Part shown: piece after piece, positions 23,003-36,495 of the stretch | Numbering within the stretch: the first letter of the stretch is position 1 | How the letters are laid out: the number at the start of each line of letters is the position of its first letter | From: Nageia nagi | Lineage: Eukaryota > Plantae > Pinophyta | Assembly: GCA_050084985.1 (NCBI GenBank) | Contig: JBITNC010000001.1 | Coordinates: 35,960,001 to 36,024,000, forward strand | Direction of reading: 5' to 3' | DNA length: 64,000 bases | Notes under the pieces: model-generated | Seen by the model: the letters and a program-made list of their open reading frames with translations, nothing else | The model's database searches: none | What the model was told of the DNA's origin: nothing | Translations under genes and position numbers: made by a program

Positions 23003-25175
23003 TTTAACTCAAGTATCTATTTAAGCTCATTCTTATAACCCAAAATTTTATTTTAATGTTGGGCCATACTTCTAACATAAGGTGGTTCTAATCCATTATA
23101 ATAGGCCTTTCTTGGTAGTTTTCTATGTTTTGTCTATGAGAGAATCATAAAAAAGTTTAAAAATACATGATGGTGATAAATCAACCTACCAAAACACCCT
23201 TATAGGTAGAAAACACCCTTAAAAACATCTAAGTTACAAGTTTTATGATGGTTTGTAACTACTTTAAAATATCTTTAAAGTAGAAAAATATATATAATAT
23301 TATAATTTTTCAGGTAGATTATAAAAATATATATTGCTAATGATTCATCTTACCAAACATAAAGAAATATGTTTTGTAAGATTAACTTAAATTCAATTAT
23401 CTAATAGGTAATCATATCTCATGAAGATAATGCTAATGTATAGCTTAGATGAATGAATAAATCTAATAATAATTCTAATAGATGCCTTTCAATAAACTAA
23501 AGAATTATATAATTTCCTTGATCATGGATTGCAATGATCATTGGACATGCATAAAATGTGTATGATTTGGTAGCCATCATGTCATTTTAGAAAATGAAAT
23601 CAACTAGTCTTGGACCAAATTCAATAAACTTTACAAGTATTCTTCCTATATATGTAACTCTTGTATCTTTAAAATAGGGCATGGAAAAATAACTATATGT
23701 GGGTTTATTTTGCATGACAATTTTTATAACAACCCTAATAGATATGTATTTAAAATGTAAAACTATACATGTGTGTTTTACCTTCTTGCATGTATTAAGA
23801 ATATAGATAAAGTAAAAAGACTTAGAAATACATGCAAACAAACCCTAATTAAATTATTATAATAGACAATAAAATAAACTTATTTTCTTAATATTGCACC
23901 CATAATGAAGCATCATACATGTATGGTTAACCTTCTTGGTTGTGTTTGTGCATCTAGATGGAAGAATAATGCATCTATAAACATGTGATTGGTGTTATTA
24001 ACCATTAACTATCTTGGTTCTTTGCTGTGGGTTATTACTAATACATGATTATGTATAAATATACCTTTATTTAAATTTATCATAAAATATAATAATGTTA
24101 CTTTGATTTGGTATCTAATGAGACTTATTTTATGACTTCTTGATGCTAGTAGAATTCATAACAAACTTGAGTTAGCAAAATTTATATCCTAAATTTGGGT
24201 CCATTAAAGAAGAAACATTCTTAGAAAAAATATCATCATTGGTGAATATGGTATTGAATTTCATTCTTAATTCAATAAAGGATGAAAACAACCAATTAAA
24301 AGGATAACACTGCTTGGAAACTAAGTAGGTTTTTTAATTCCTTACAAGGGATATTTGTTCAAAATCCAATGATTACTCTAATGATTGATTAAATTATTGA
24401 GCATATGAATAAAATATTCTCTAAATATAGCATAGTATGGGTATGGTTGAGACACCCTCGAGTGTTTTCAAATAGTGCAATTGATTGGTTTTAGAACAAA
24501 ATCAAAAACCTTTGCAAGAAGAAAATTTTGAGCTAACATATGCATAGTAGATAATTTTAATATAATTTTGAGTTAACACTTACCTTCTTAATGGGGAAAC
24601 AATATGAATAAATGAATAAATTTTTTATTTTCTATGTATTGGATCATTCTTTTGCATTTTCTATGTATTGCATACTTTTGATGTAACATATGCATGTATA
24701 AAATTTATGAAAAAAATTATTTACATAAATAAGATCTCCATGGAGACTACATTAATTATAATAAATATCACAAAATATGCTATCATTGGAGATCTCCTAA
24801 CACTACATTACATGTCATATTGCCCACTTTAATTTTTTAGCTTACAACAAATAATTTATTATACAACCATTCATTAATATCCATGAAACTATTCATTTTA
24901 TCTTACATCAGATAAAAAAGCATAAGTTTTTTTAAATTAAGGTTATTAGGTAAAGGAGATGAAATATATCATAAAAATTATCTTACTATTGTGTTCATCA
25001 AAATTCATGTTTATCTACATGAAACTTGTAAAAAGGAACATAGAATAATTTCAAACACCAAAGTATTATTTATGGTCTTATCTTATCTATTCTAACCTTA
25101 TTATGTTATGGAAGAATACTTGCACTGTCACCTTTACTTTCATGATCTCACCTCTCCTATGGTTGTGAGTACCTT

Positions 25176-26400
25176 GTAGACACTTATGCAAAATATGAAG
25201 AATACATAAGGCCCAAATGTTTAGATAGCAATATGGGATTAGCCAGCATTTGCAATATGTAAACATAAATTTATGGATTGTAATTATTGGAGGATATATA
25301 ATTCATAGCTATAACAAGGATTCCTTTACACTCTTTAATTTGATAAAGCACTAGGAACCAACCCTAATAACATAACCTTTGTATGTGTTCTATATCCATG
25401 AACCATGTAGGTCTAGTGTATGAGGTATGTGATACTTTAATAAAATGAGTAACTTTTATTTTATTATTCCTTAGATGTTCCTTATATAAATCTATGCAAA
25501 ATATGAAAGAATACATAGGGCCCAAGAATTATTTGACAAGATGCAAGATGCAAATATAGTTTTATGGAATTCAATGATTTTAGGATAAGCAATTCATGTC
25601 TATAACAAGGATTCCCTTAAACTCTTTAATCTAATGAATCACTTGGGAAACAACCATAACAACATAACCTTTATATGTATTTACATACATGCAACCATGT
25701 AGTTCTAGTAGATGAGGGTTGCAAATACTTTAATACCATGAATGAATTTTCTTACATTATTCATGGGATGTTCCCTATATACATGTATGTAAAATAAGAA
25801 ACAATACATAATGCCTGATAATTATTTGACAATATGTGAGTGGAAATATGTAAATACAATTTTATGTATTGCAATGCTCTATATGTATTATACATGCATG
25901 CAACCATGTGGTATACTAGATGAGGGTTGTAAATACTTTAATAACATGAGTCACTTTATTGCATTATTCATAAGATTTTCCCCATAGAGATGTATGCAAA
26001 ATATGAAAGAATACATAAGGCCCAAGAATTATTTAAACACATGCAATATCCAAGATGAAAATATATTTTTATGGACTGTAATGATTAGAGGATATGCAAT
26101 TTGTGGTTATAACAATAATTCCCTTAAATTATTTAATCTAATGAAGCACTTAGAAACCAACCTAACAAAATAACCTTTATATGTATTCTACATGCATGTA
26201 ACCATGTAGGTCTAGTGTATTAGGGCCATACATTTTTTAATAGCATGAGTACCATTCACTTATTATTTATGGGATGAATTATTATACATGCATTATTGAC
26301 TTTATTATCTATGTAGGCTATCATTTTCAAGATGCCCATAAAATATGAATCATATGTGTCCAGAGTTATGAAGTATTTTATGACCCATAAATACATATAT
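25176..26400 (+). pseudogene. Tandem array of four PPR S-P2-L2 motif units followed by an S2/E remnant
   Basis: TATGYAAAAT recurs at 25185, 25493, 25786 and 25993 (periods 308, 293, 207). The inferred consensus reads approximately MYAK.GRIHKAQELFDKMQDANI..WN.MI.GYAIH.YNKDSLKLFNLMKH.GT.PN.ITF.C.LHACNHVGLVDEGCKYFN.MS. After unit 4 it continues YTCIIDF...KMPIK. Confidence 0.88.
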
Positions 26401-26492
26401 GGTTGAGTATCTTGGCCATGTTGGGAATTTACATGAAGTAAAATAAACCATATTGGTGTAGTGTGGAGTGGTTTTCTTTGTACCTTGACTAG

Positions 26493-29400
26493 TGTTACCA
26501 CCCAATTTTTGATCAATAATTTTTTACTTTTTCCTCAATTTAGATATATAGGAAAAATTTGTTGTTTCCCTTAATAAAATAAAAAATGCATAAAAAATTA
26601 AATAATCAAAAATTAATGATTTATCAATATCACATATTTTTATCACTAAAAAGAGTTTACACCATTAGGTAGTATCTTTCAACTTAGATGCAAGTGCATA
26701 TTCTGGACATTGACATGGAAGTTGGTTACTATAAAATTGTTGAATATCATCCTCTAAATTTGATTGTAAGAACCTATCCTTAATATGAGAGGAACTTTAT
26801 CCTACTCAATCATTGAATGATGAGCTTCAAAATCCTATTTTCAAAGCGAAGAGCTCATTCTATACACAAAAAAGTAGAACTTGATTTTCATTAAAGTTTT
26901 AAAGCTAAAAATATCTTCATTTTCAAAACCAAAGCAAAAATCAATGAAATTTGACTATGTTTTTATTCACCCTTATCACATTGAGTGATTCATATACTTA
27001 GATGTGACTAAGGGTTTTTAGTGGTTGTATTATTTTTATTTTCAATTGGGTATGATTGAAGTGATTTGTATGGTTGCATTGATCTATGCTTCAAGTAGGA
27101 CATGATAAGGTATATTATCTACTCATATTAGGTTAAGGATATACTTTGCATGACTTATGTTGTTGCTTGGTTGCACCATCAAACAAGGCTACATGATCCA
27201 AATATAGGTTTCTTTCCAACTTACTCTCATTATATTATCTAGGGTGAAAAGTTACATGTCCAATTCTACCCTCTCCATATATAAATACCCATGCTTGATT
27301 CATTTGTATCCAATGAATTCATACTCCCATTATCATAGTGGTGTTATGTATTAGGTACAAGCAATAGAGTTTTTTCTTCCTATTAGAGTGGTATATAATA
27401 TTAGGTGGAAGTGACTAAAGTATATCCCATGGTTACATTAAACTATGTTTGAAGCCAAAGTGACTAAAAATAGCCCTTATCACTACCAAATCATTATTTA
27501 TCTTTGTCTAATAGAAAAACACTTAGATAGGTTTGTGGGACTAAGCCTAATCAAGATTTTCTCCTTTGTTATAGCAAAATTTGCATTGAATTAAAAGTTA
27601 ATAAGGAATTCTAATATCATAAGAAGTTGATTTGAATATTAAAGCAACTAAGGAATAAAACCCTTATTGCATTAGTTTTAACATTAACTTGAAAGTGACT
27701 ATGTGTTGCCTCTTTATCATATTGAGTTAGTGTATTATGCAAAGTGACTTAAATATTCCTTATGTCACATGGAATATGGTATTAAAAATAAAGTGACTAA
27801 GTCTTAAATCCCTTATCATATTAGTTTAAACTTCAAGGTAGAAGTGAATAAGGCATTCTAATGTCATAAGGAAGTTGATGTTAACACTAAAGTGATTAAG
27901 GATTTTGTTTGGTTACTCTAACTTATCTTTTTACTTGGATATGAATTAAGATAAAATAGTTAAATTTGAGAAAATAAAATTATTGATAAATTTATGATAT
28001 TATTTTTATCTAAATTGATGGCTAAGGTAATTTTTTATTATTGTTAATAATGAACAACTCAAAGAAGAATAAGGGTGGCTATACTTGATTAATAAATACC
28101 AATTTTGTGGAGTTGAATAAAGATGGTAAAGTCAAACAAAGGTCTTGGTATTATGACATACTAGAAAATATCATAGATCATAAGTGGAATCATATTAACC
28201 CTATATTCATGTTGAGAGAAGTTGATAAAATGATAGAGGAAGTTAAAGAGAAAGACATACTCTATTATTTTGGGCTTTTAATGGCTATAATTATACCTTT
28301 CTTAGTGATTTTCCCTAAGTTAGTGCTTTGAAGTGACAAAGTATACCAAATTTGCTGACATAGTTGTTATATATGTAGAGGGAAATATCATTGTAGATTT
28401 AACTAAGAAGGACATCAAAAAAGTAATGGGATGGTCAAATCATGGTATTATCTTTACTCAAGAGGATGCAAATAAAAAGTTATAATAATATAGTAACAAA
28501 CACAAGCCCAATGCTTTCATATTATCATTATTGAGACCATAACATTATAGTTTTTGCTCACAAAGCTATGATAAAAGCATAAAGATTTTTATACCAAGAT
28601 ACTAGTAGCAAAGCTATCAATTTCCTATATAGGATTTTGGGGAAATCCATAGATATTAGATTTGAGAAACACTTATTTGGTTTCCTCTATGTAGTGAATA
28701 GAGGGAAGAGTATTCGATGGAGTTAGATCATAAATGATGGGATGATCAATCAATTGAGATAAGTGAAAAAGACTAAAACATTTTTCTACTTGTCTTACTT
28801 GGTATTCTTATTATTGAGAGGAAAGAATAGACCTCAAGTTCATGTCATCAAGAAGGTTATTTTTAATAAAAGGCAACAATTTATATGGCATATCCAAAAT
28901 TCCAAAAGGTAGAGTAATGGAATCATATTCAAATGATAACTAATGAATGGAATATGCAATTATTAAGGAAATGAAAAGGGATTAGAATGTCCCTAGGACT
29001 TCTATTAGAGCTATTGATTTTTTTAAGAGATTTGTTGACTTTTAGTTGGAGAAATTTGTTAGCTTTGATATCATATTTTTTGGAACCAATGTGGTCCCTC
29101 TTAAGATCCTTTGCTACCTTAGTGACATGATGGTATTTTTGGAATTTATAAGATAAATATTTTATTTTCAAAAGAAATTTGACAAAGAGAAGAAAAAGGC
29201 ACCCATAAAAATGCATATAACTTATTCGTGGTATAGTTGTAATAATTGGTTGGATGTAGAGATTATCAAAAATGAAATTAAAGGTTACAATTTTGAGTAT
29301 CATGCCTTAAACTCTCATCATGATCCCATTGGTGTAGCTGATAGATTTTTTCAAAAAATTCATACTAGCTATAAACATCATTCCCTTGACGATATTGAGA

Positions 29401-31356
29401 TATTTATAAATGTCTATTCAGAGATGGAGATTCAAAGAATTTTTGAATAGCTAGCTAAAGAAGAAAGGGATAAAAAGAAGGAAGAAACTAAAGATAAAAT
29501 TCATGAGATATTACCTACATCATAGGAAAATGAACAAACTATTGTATGAGATTTTACTAAGGAGATTGGATTTAATTAGTTTGGCTCAATGCAAGGGAAA
29601 GATATGTTAAAAATAATCAATGCACCTATCCCAAGCATTCCAACTCTAAGAGCCATAGAACCATAAGTTTTTGTACATCTTAAGTCCCTTTTTGAGTGTG
29701 GGAAAGTAGTCATACCATTTCTCCTTTGTGATGATCCTTCATATAGTAGTAGCTATTTAAGGATTTCTATCAACTCTAATGATGATGATTAGTCAAAATC
29801 ACAAAGTGATGATGATAGATTGAGGATCCATAATGGAGATGATGATGAATGAATTAAGAAAAGAGGAAATGATGAAATATAAATAGAGGAAAATATTATG
29901 GAGTAGCATGATGTCTTCCTTACCATATATATCCATATAGAGGGAGATGATGAGTTTATTGATGTTATAGATTCCAAAGAAGAAGATAAGATAAAAGAAA
30001 ATGCTTGTATCTCTCCTATAGTTGCTTCATGGTTATAATTAATCATTAATTATTCCTTTTTAAATCCAAAGGATTCTAAATGAGAAGATAATATTATATA
30101 AATTACCATACAATAAGAAACAAAGAGGTCTACACATACTATAGAGCATCTAACTACCAAATCAATGACCAAGGAGTACTCCAATTCACATAAAACCCTT
30201 AGTTCAAATAAGATTTTATCAAAACATATGTTAAGGGAAAGCAAAGGTGATGAAAATAGATATGATGATGATGAGGGGGAGGAGGAGAATGTAAAAGGAG
30301 TAAGAAGAGAAGGAAAGATTAACATGATCAATAAATTATTACTATTATGATGCATCTTCACTTACCAACTTAGCTTTGAGAATTTATTGAAAAAGTATTG
30401 ATATATATGCATATTTAAAGAGGCTCAAAGAAGTGATTAGTGATAGTGAAAGGGAAGAAAATGTAGAAAGAACAAGTTGCACCAATTATAAGGAAATTAT
30501 AAATCATAGTCAATTTTGGAAAGGAGACACTATGCATGAGTAAACTCATAACCAATGTTAGAAAGCCTAAGAATAAAAGGCAAGTAAATGTTAGTATCTA
30601 TGGAGTATGATAATGGACCTTAAGGAATCAAGTTAAATGCTTACATTATTTATTAAGGAACCAAAAATATGACTAAGATAGAATAAGAAAAGAATTTATA
30701 AGTCAATAAACTAAAAAATGAAGTCAAATACATGAAAAATACTTTCAAGAAATTTGAGGAGATGGGAACTGATAAAGAAGACTTAAAATTCAAATATAAA
30801 AAGGTTGTGAGATGGAAAAGAGAATTGGTAAATTAATTAAGGAGTAACCAAGATCTCTATAAATGATTATCATGACCTTGTCTACATGGATAACATCAAT
30901 TTTTAGTTTTATGATGTTGATGCTAATATTAGTAACTATTTGGACTAATGGGAAACCAAAGTGGAGAATGTTTCCAAAATTAAGTGTGAAGAGATAAATG
31001 ATGAGAGCATGATAAATTTATATAAAGAGTTTTCATTCCTTTTTGATTGGATGAAAAATGGAAAGGTTGGGTGTAAATCCTTTAAAGAGAAATTTGATGA
31101 GGTGTATAAGGAAAATTGGGATATCATCTATTTGACCTAAATTTCAACTCAAGATGGGTCTAGTAATTGGAGAAGTGATGATGAGTTCAATAGAGTTTAA
31201 AAGAGTTATTAGAGAAAAAGTTGAAATCTAAATATATGAAGGAGATACCTATTGAGTTGTATAATTGCTATCTCTCATGGATCACATAGGTTGAAGTGTC
31301 ACACCAAATAATCAAGAACTAGATAATAGGAAAACTAATTTGTCAATAACAAGGAG
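26493..31356 (+). repeat. Left arm of a ~10 kb inverted repeat (retroelement-like terminus, promoter and ORF)
   Basis: Starts TGTTACCACCCAATTTT. TATA-like TATATAAATACCC at ~27278 and degenerate AAGTGACTAA repeats at 27400-27900. Reverse-complement colinear with 31485-36495 at roughly 75-80% identity by eye. Confidence 0.92.
28018..31356 (+). pseudogene. Large degenerate ORF of unknown function (retroelement accessory ORF-like)
   Basis: ORF pieces 28107-28331, 29211-29450 and 30165-30350 match mirror pieces such as 34401-34586 (FxELVLEV.DYT.F...I...GNIIV.LTK). Acidic D/E-rich middle and E/K-rich C-terminal part. No gag/pol motif seen. Confidence 0.65.
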
Positions 31357-31484
31357 TTTTGGAAGGGTATGATAGGGTGCACAACTTTTTAGGAGGACAT
31401 ATCAAGTTTAAAGTTGAAAAAATGATGGCCTTATTTCCTCCTTTGATGGAAAATTGAAAGCATGGATTATGTTGTTTTTATTGC

Positions 31485-34400
31485 AATCCCTAGTATTGAT
31501 AAATCATTTATCTATTATCTAGTTTTTGATTCTTTGGTGAGCCACTTTAACCTATGCGATCCATGAGAGATAGTGATCATACGACTCAATTAACATCTCT
31601 TCTTATCATTATATTTAATCTTTTTTAGTAAGAGCTCATTCAAACTCTTTTGAACTCCATCATCACTTCACTAATTAGTAGACCCATCTAGAGTCAATAT
31701 ATAGATCAAATCAATGATATCTTGATTTTTCTTATACACCTCATTAGGTTTATATTTAAAGGATTTGCACTTGGACTTTGCATTTTTTAGTTAATAAAAA
31801 ATAAATAAAAATTATTTATAGAAATTTATAAGCCTCTCATCACTGATCTCTTCACACTCAACTATGGAAACATTCTCCACTTTGACTTTCCATTGATCTA
31901 CATGCTTGCTAATGTTAGCATCAATTTCATAAAGCTAAAAATTGATGTCATCTAGGTAAACAAGATCATCATAAGCATTTATGAATACTTAGGTTTCCTT
32001 CTCAATTAATTTATCAGTTCTCTTTTCTAACTTGCAACATATTTTATATTTCAATTTTATGTCTTCTTTATTAGCTACCATCTCCTCAAATTTCTTGAAA
32101 GTCTTTTTCATGTATTTAACTTCATGTTTTAGTTTATTAACTTGTAAATTATTTTCCTATGATAGCTTACTCATATTATTGGTAACTTGATCAATAATGT
32201 AATCATTTGACTCAATTACTAAATATATAATGTCAAATTTCATGGTACTAACATTCATATGCCTTTTAGGCTTTATGACATGTTGTGAGTTTACTCATGT
32301 GTAGTGTCTACTTTCCAAACTCAATTATGCTCTATAATTTTCTCAGAATTGGTACAACCTCTTATTTAGCATTCTCATTCTCTTCCCTTTCACTATAACT
32401 ACTTACTTCTTTTATCCTATTCAAATATGCATCTATATCCACATTCTTTAGCAAATTCTTATAATTGAGTTAGTTAAGTTAACTTACATCATCAATAGTA
32501 ACAATTTGCTGGTCATGTTCATCTTGCCTTATCTTCTTCCTCCTTTTCATATTTTCCTTCTCCTTATAATATCATCCCCATCCCCATCCCCATCACCTTC
32601 TATTTCTTTTGATGAATATTTAGAATAAGTTTTATTTGATCTAGGTGTTTTATATGGGGTAGAGTCTTTTTTGGTCTCTGATCGAGTAGCTAGTTTCCTT
32701 GCAATCTATAAGACTCCTTTTTTCATTATAGTGTAGTAAGTTCTATAGTATTATCCTCCTATTAAGAGTCTTCTAGAGTTTAAGAGGAATAAGTTGTAAA
32801 TAATTCTAACCTTGAAGTAACTACAAGAGGGATATGGGCATTTTCTTTTATCTCACCCTCTTCTTTTGAATATGTAATATTAACAAACTCATCATCTCCA
32901 TTTGTATGGGTATTTGTAGTTGGGATGGCATCATGATACTCCATAAGAGTTCACTCCACTTTTACTTCATCATTTCCTCTCTCCTCATCTAATATTTCCT
33001 CATATCCACTATGAATCCTCTATTTATCATCATCACTTCTTGACTTTGATCAATCATCATCATCAGATTTGTTATAAATCCTTAAAGAGCTATCATTAGA
33101 TGAAGGATAATCACCAAGATTAATGATAAACTACTTTATCCAAAATAAAAAAGGAACTTAGGGTGCATAATGGTTTGAGGTTCTATAATTCTTGGAATTG
33201 GAATGCTCAAGATAGGTTCATTGATGGTCTTTGACACATCAATCCCTTACATTGAGCCAAATTGATTAAATCTAGGATTCTTAGTAAAATCTTGTATATG
33301 ATTTTGTTCAATTTCTTATAGCTTACGTAAAATATTTGTACTTTTATCTTTAGTTACTTCCTTCTTTCTATCCCTCTCTTCTTTTTCCAATTATTTATAA
33401 ATTATTTAAATCTCCAACTCTCAATGGACATTTTTATACCTCTCAATATCATCGAGGGAATGATTTTATAGTTAGTATGAAATTTTTGGCAAAATCTATC
33501 AACTATTCCAATAGGATCATAATGAGTCTTTAAGGTATGATATTCAAAATTGTAACCTTAAATTTCACATTTTATAGGTTCTTCTTCCAACTATTATTGT
33601 AATAGTACTAAAAATAAGTTATGAGCATTTTGATGGGTTCCTCTTCCTTATCTTTGGTGAATTTCTTGTCAAAATAAAATATGTATCACAAATTCCAAAA
33701 ATATCATTCTACCACTAAGGAAGTGAGGGTGCTTAAGAGAGGTCACATAGATACCAAAATTTTTTATATAAGAGCTATCAAATTCCTCCAATTAAAAGTT
33801 CACAAATATCTTCAAAAAATTAATAGCTCCAATAGAAATCCTAAGGACATGCTGAGCCCCTTCAATTTCTTAATAATTTCATATTACCATTCATCAATTC
33901 TCATTTGAATATGATTTCATTCCTCTACTTTATGGAATTTTGGATATGCCATGTAAATTGCTTCCCTTTCATTGAAAATAACCTTCTTGATGTCATGGGT
34001 TCAAGGTCTATTTTTACCTTTCAAAAATAAGAATACTAAGTAAGACATGTAGAAAAATATTTTATTATTTTTCACTTCTCTAAATTAATTAATCATCCTA
34101 TCACTGATGACTTAATCCCATCAAATACTCTTCCCTCTATTCACTACATAGAGGAAACCAAACAAGTCTTTCTTGAATCTATTATATATGGATTTCCCAA
34201 AATCTTTCATAGGAAACTAATAGCTTTTCTAGTAGTATCTTGGATAAGACATCTTTATACTTTCATCACATCTTAGAAAGCCAAACCATGATGTTTTGGT
34301 ATCACTAATAATTGGATGAGATCACTAGGCCTATGCTTATTGCATATTATTCTAAATTCTTATTTACATCCTCTTGAGTAAATATAATACCTTGATTTGA

Positions 34401-36495
34401 TCACCCTATTTCTTTTTTAATTCCCTCCTTGGTTAAATATACAATGATATTTCCTTTTACACCTATAATAAATTTGTTAGAAAAGTTGGTATAATCTACC
34501 ACTTCTAGTACTAACTCAAGGAAACTCACTAAGAATGGTATAACTATGATTATGTAAATACTAAAATAGTGGAGTATGTCTTTCACTTTAACCTCCTTTC
34601 AAATTCAATTAGTTTCTCTCAACATGAAGATATGGTTGGTGTGATTCCACTTAGGATCTCTGATATTTTCTAGTTTTTCATAATACTGATCCCTTTGTTT
34701 GAATCGCCCATCCTTCTTCAATTCCATGAAACTGGTCTTTGTTAATTAAGTATAGCCACCCTTATTCTTCTTTGATTTGCTTATTCTAAAAAATAACAAA
34801 AAATTTCTTCAGCCATCATTTTGAGATAAAAATGATATTATAAATTTATCAAAAAAAATTATTTTCTCAAATTTAGCTATTTTGTATTAAGTCCCATCCA
34901 AGTAGAAAAGTAACTCATATTTACCAAGATAATCAATTAGTTACCTTGAGGTTAATCTCAATGCAATATAAATATATCCTTAAGTTGATTCAAGGATAAA
35001 ATATGGTTGTATGCGATAATAGAAATTCATTTGGTTGCATCAAATTAAAAAACCAATGTAATGCTACAACAAGAAACCTTTAGGTTACATTGGATTAAGT
35101 CTTAACTTAATGCAATGAAATAATTCCTTAGTATCTTATACTTTGAATTTTAAAACAACATGATAAGGGCTTCATGAATTAGACACTTTAAATTCAATAT
35201 TATCTTCCATGCGATAGAGGGATTACTTAAGTCACTATGAGAAAGACACTAATCCAATATGATAAAGGAGGTTTAACTTAGTTGTTTCCAAGTTAATTTC
35301 TAAATTGATGTGATAAGGGTTTTATTCCTTAAACACTTCAATTTTCATGTTAAACTCTATGTGAAAACAAAATATCTTAGTTACTTTAACTTAGTCAATA
35401 ATATTGATGCAACAAGGGAGAGTCTATATTAGGCTAAGTCTCATGGACCTAATTAAATGGTTCTTCAATCAACAAGGGTAGAAATATTTCTAGCAATGAA
35501 AATATGCAAGCTCTAATTACATAATTTTAGAATTATTCTCAATGTAACAAAGAAATAATACATATTTTCTTACAAATAAATCACAAAACTCACTCTAACA
35601 ACTACCAATATTTGGTAACTCTCACTTCACTAGTGAACTCATTGGAATAAGGAGAACATGTAAGCATGTTGGATATAAATGAAATGGGGTATTTATAGGC
35701 ATAATATGTACCAAAGGATATGCAAAATCATCTAGTGAGTCATTTCCCTAGATCATACAGCTTAAGAAATTTAGTGTTTATCATTTGTTTAGACTAGGTT
35801 GATTCCTTGGGTAGTGCAACTAAGCAGAAACCTAAGTCATGTTTAGTAGTCCTCATGGTCAATGTGATAATACAAAATACCTTAGTTGCTCCATAATTTA
35901 TACATAGGTTAATGTAACCACTAAGAAAACTTTAGTTATGCTAAGTTGAAAAGGAAAATGATGTGACTACTAAAATCCCCTAGTTGCACCCAAGTAGATA
36001 GTAAATCCAATGCAACTTAGGAAAATATGAAGATAGTTAAATTTCATCAATTGTTATTTTAGTTTTAGAAATGAAGGTGCTTTTAGCTTTAGTACTTTGA
36101 TGAAAAATTACTCCTACATTTTAGTGTATAGAATGAGCTCTTAACTTCAAAAATAGGATTTTGAAGCTTATCATTCATTGGTCAGAGTTTCACTCATGTT
36201 GAGGGTAGGTGCTTATAATTAAATCTAGAGGATGATATTCATTGGTTTCATAGAAACTGATTTCCATGTCAACATTGAGAATATGCACTCACCTCTAAGG
36301 TGAAAGATACTACCTAATGGTCCAAACTCTTTTTTGTGATGAAAAATATGTGATCATGATAAATCACTAATTTTTATTTTGGATTATTTAATTTTTATGC
36401 TTTTTTTGTTTATTAAGGGAAACAATAAATTTTCCCTAGATACCTAACTTAAGAAAAAAGTAAAAAAAATATTGATAAAAAATTAGATGGTACTA
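31485..36495 (-). repeat. Right arm of the ~10 kb inverted repeat
   Basis: Reverse complement of 26493-31356; for example CTATCTCTCATGGATC occurs at ~31268 and its complement at ~31558-31573. ORFs 28929-29303(-) and 33681-33908(+) are mirror homologues. Confidence 0.92.

Noticed and set aside
25176-26290. CRISPR array or plain satellite
   Set aside because: The context is eukaryotic, there is no repeat-spacer structure, and the units translate as PPR motifs.
26493-36495. Assembly artefact explanation for the inverted repeat
   Set aside because: The arms differ by roughly 20-25% with indels, whereas fold-back read artefacts give near-identical arms.
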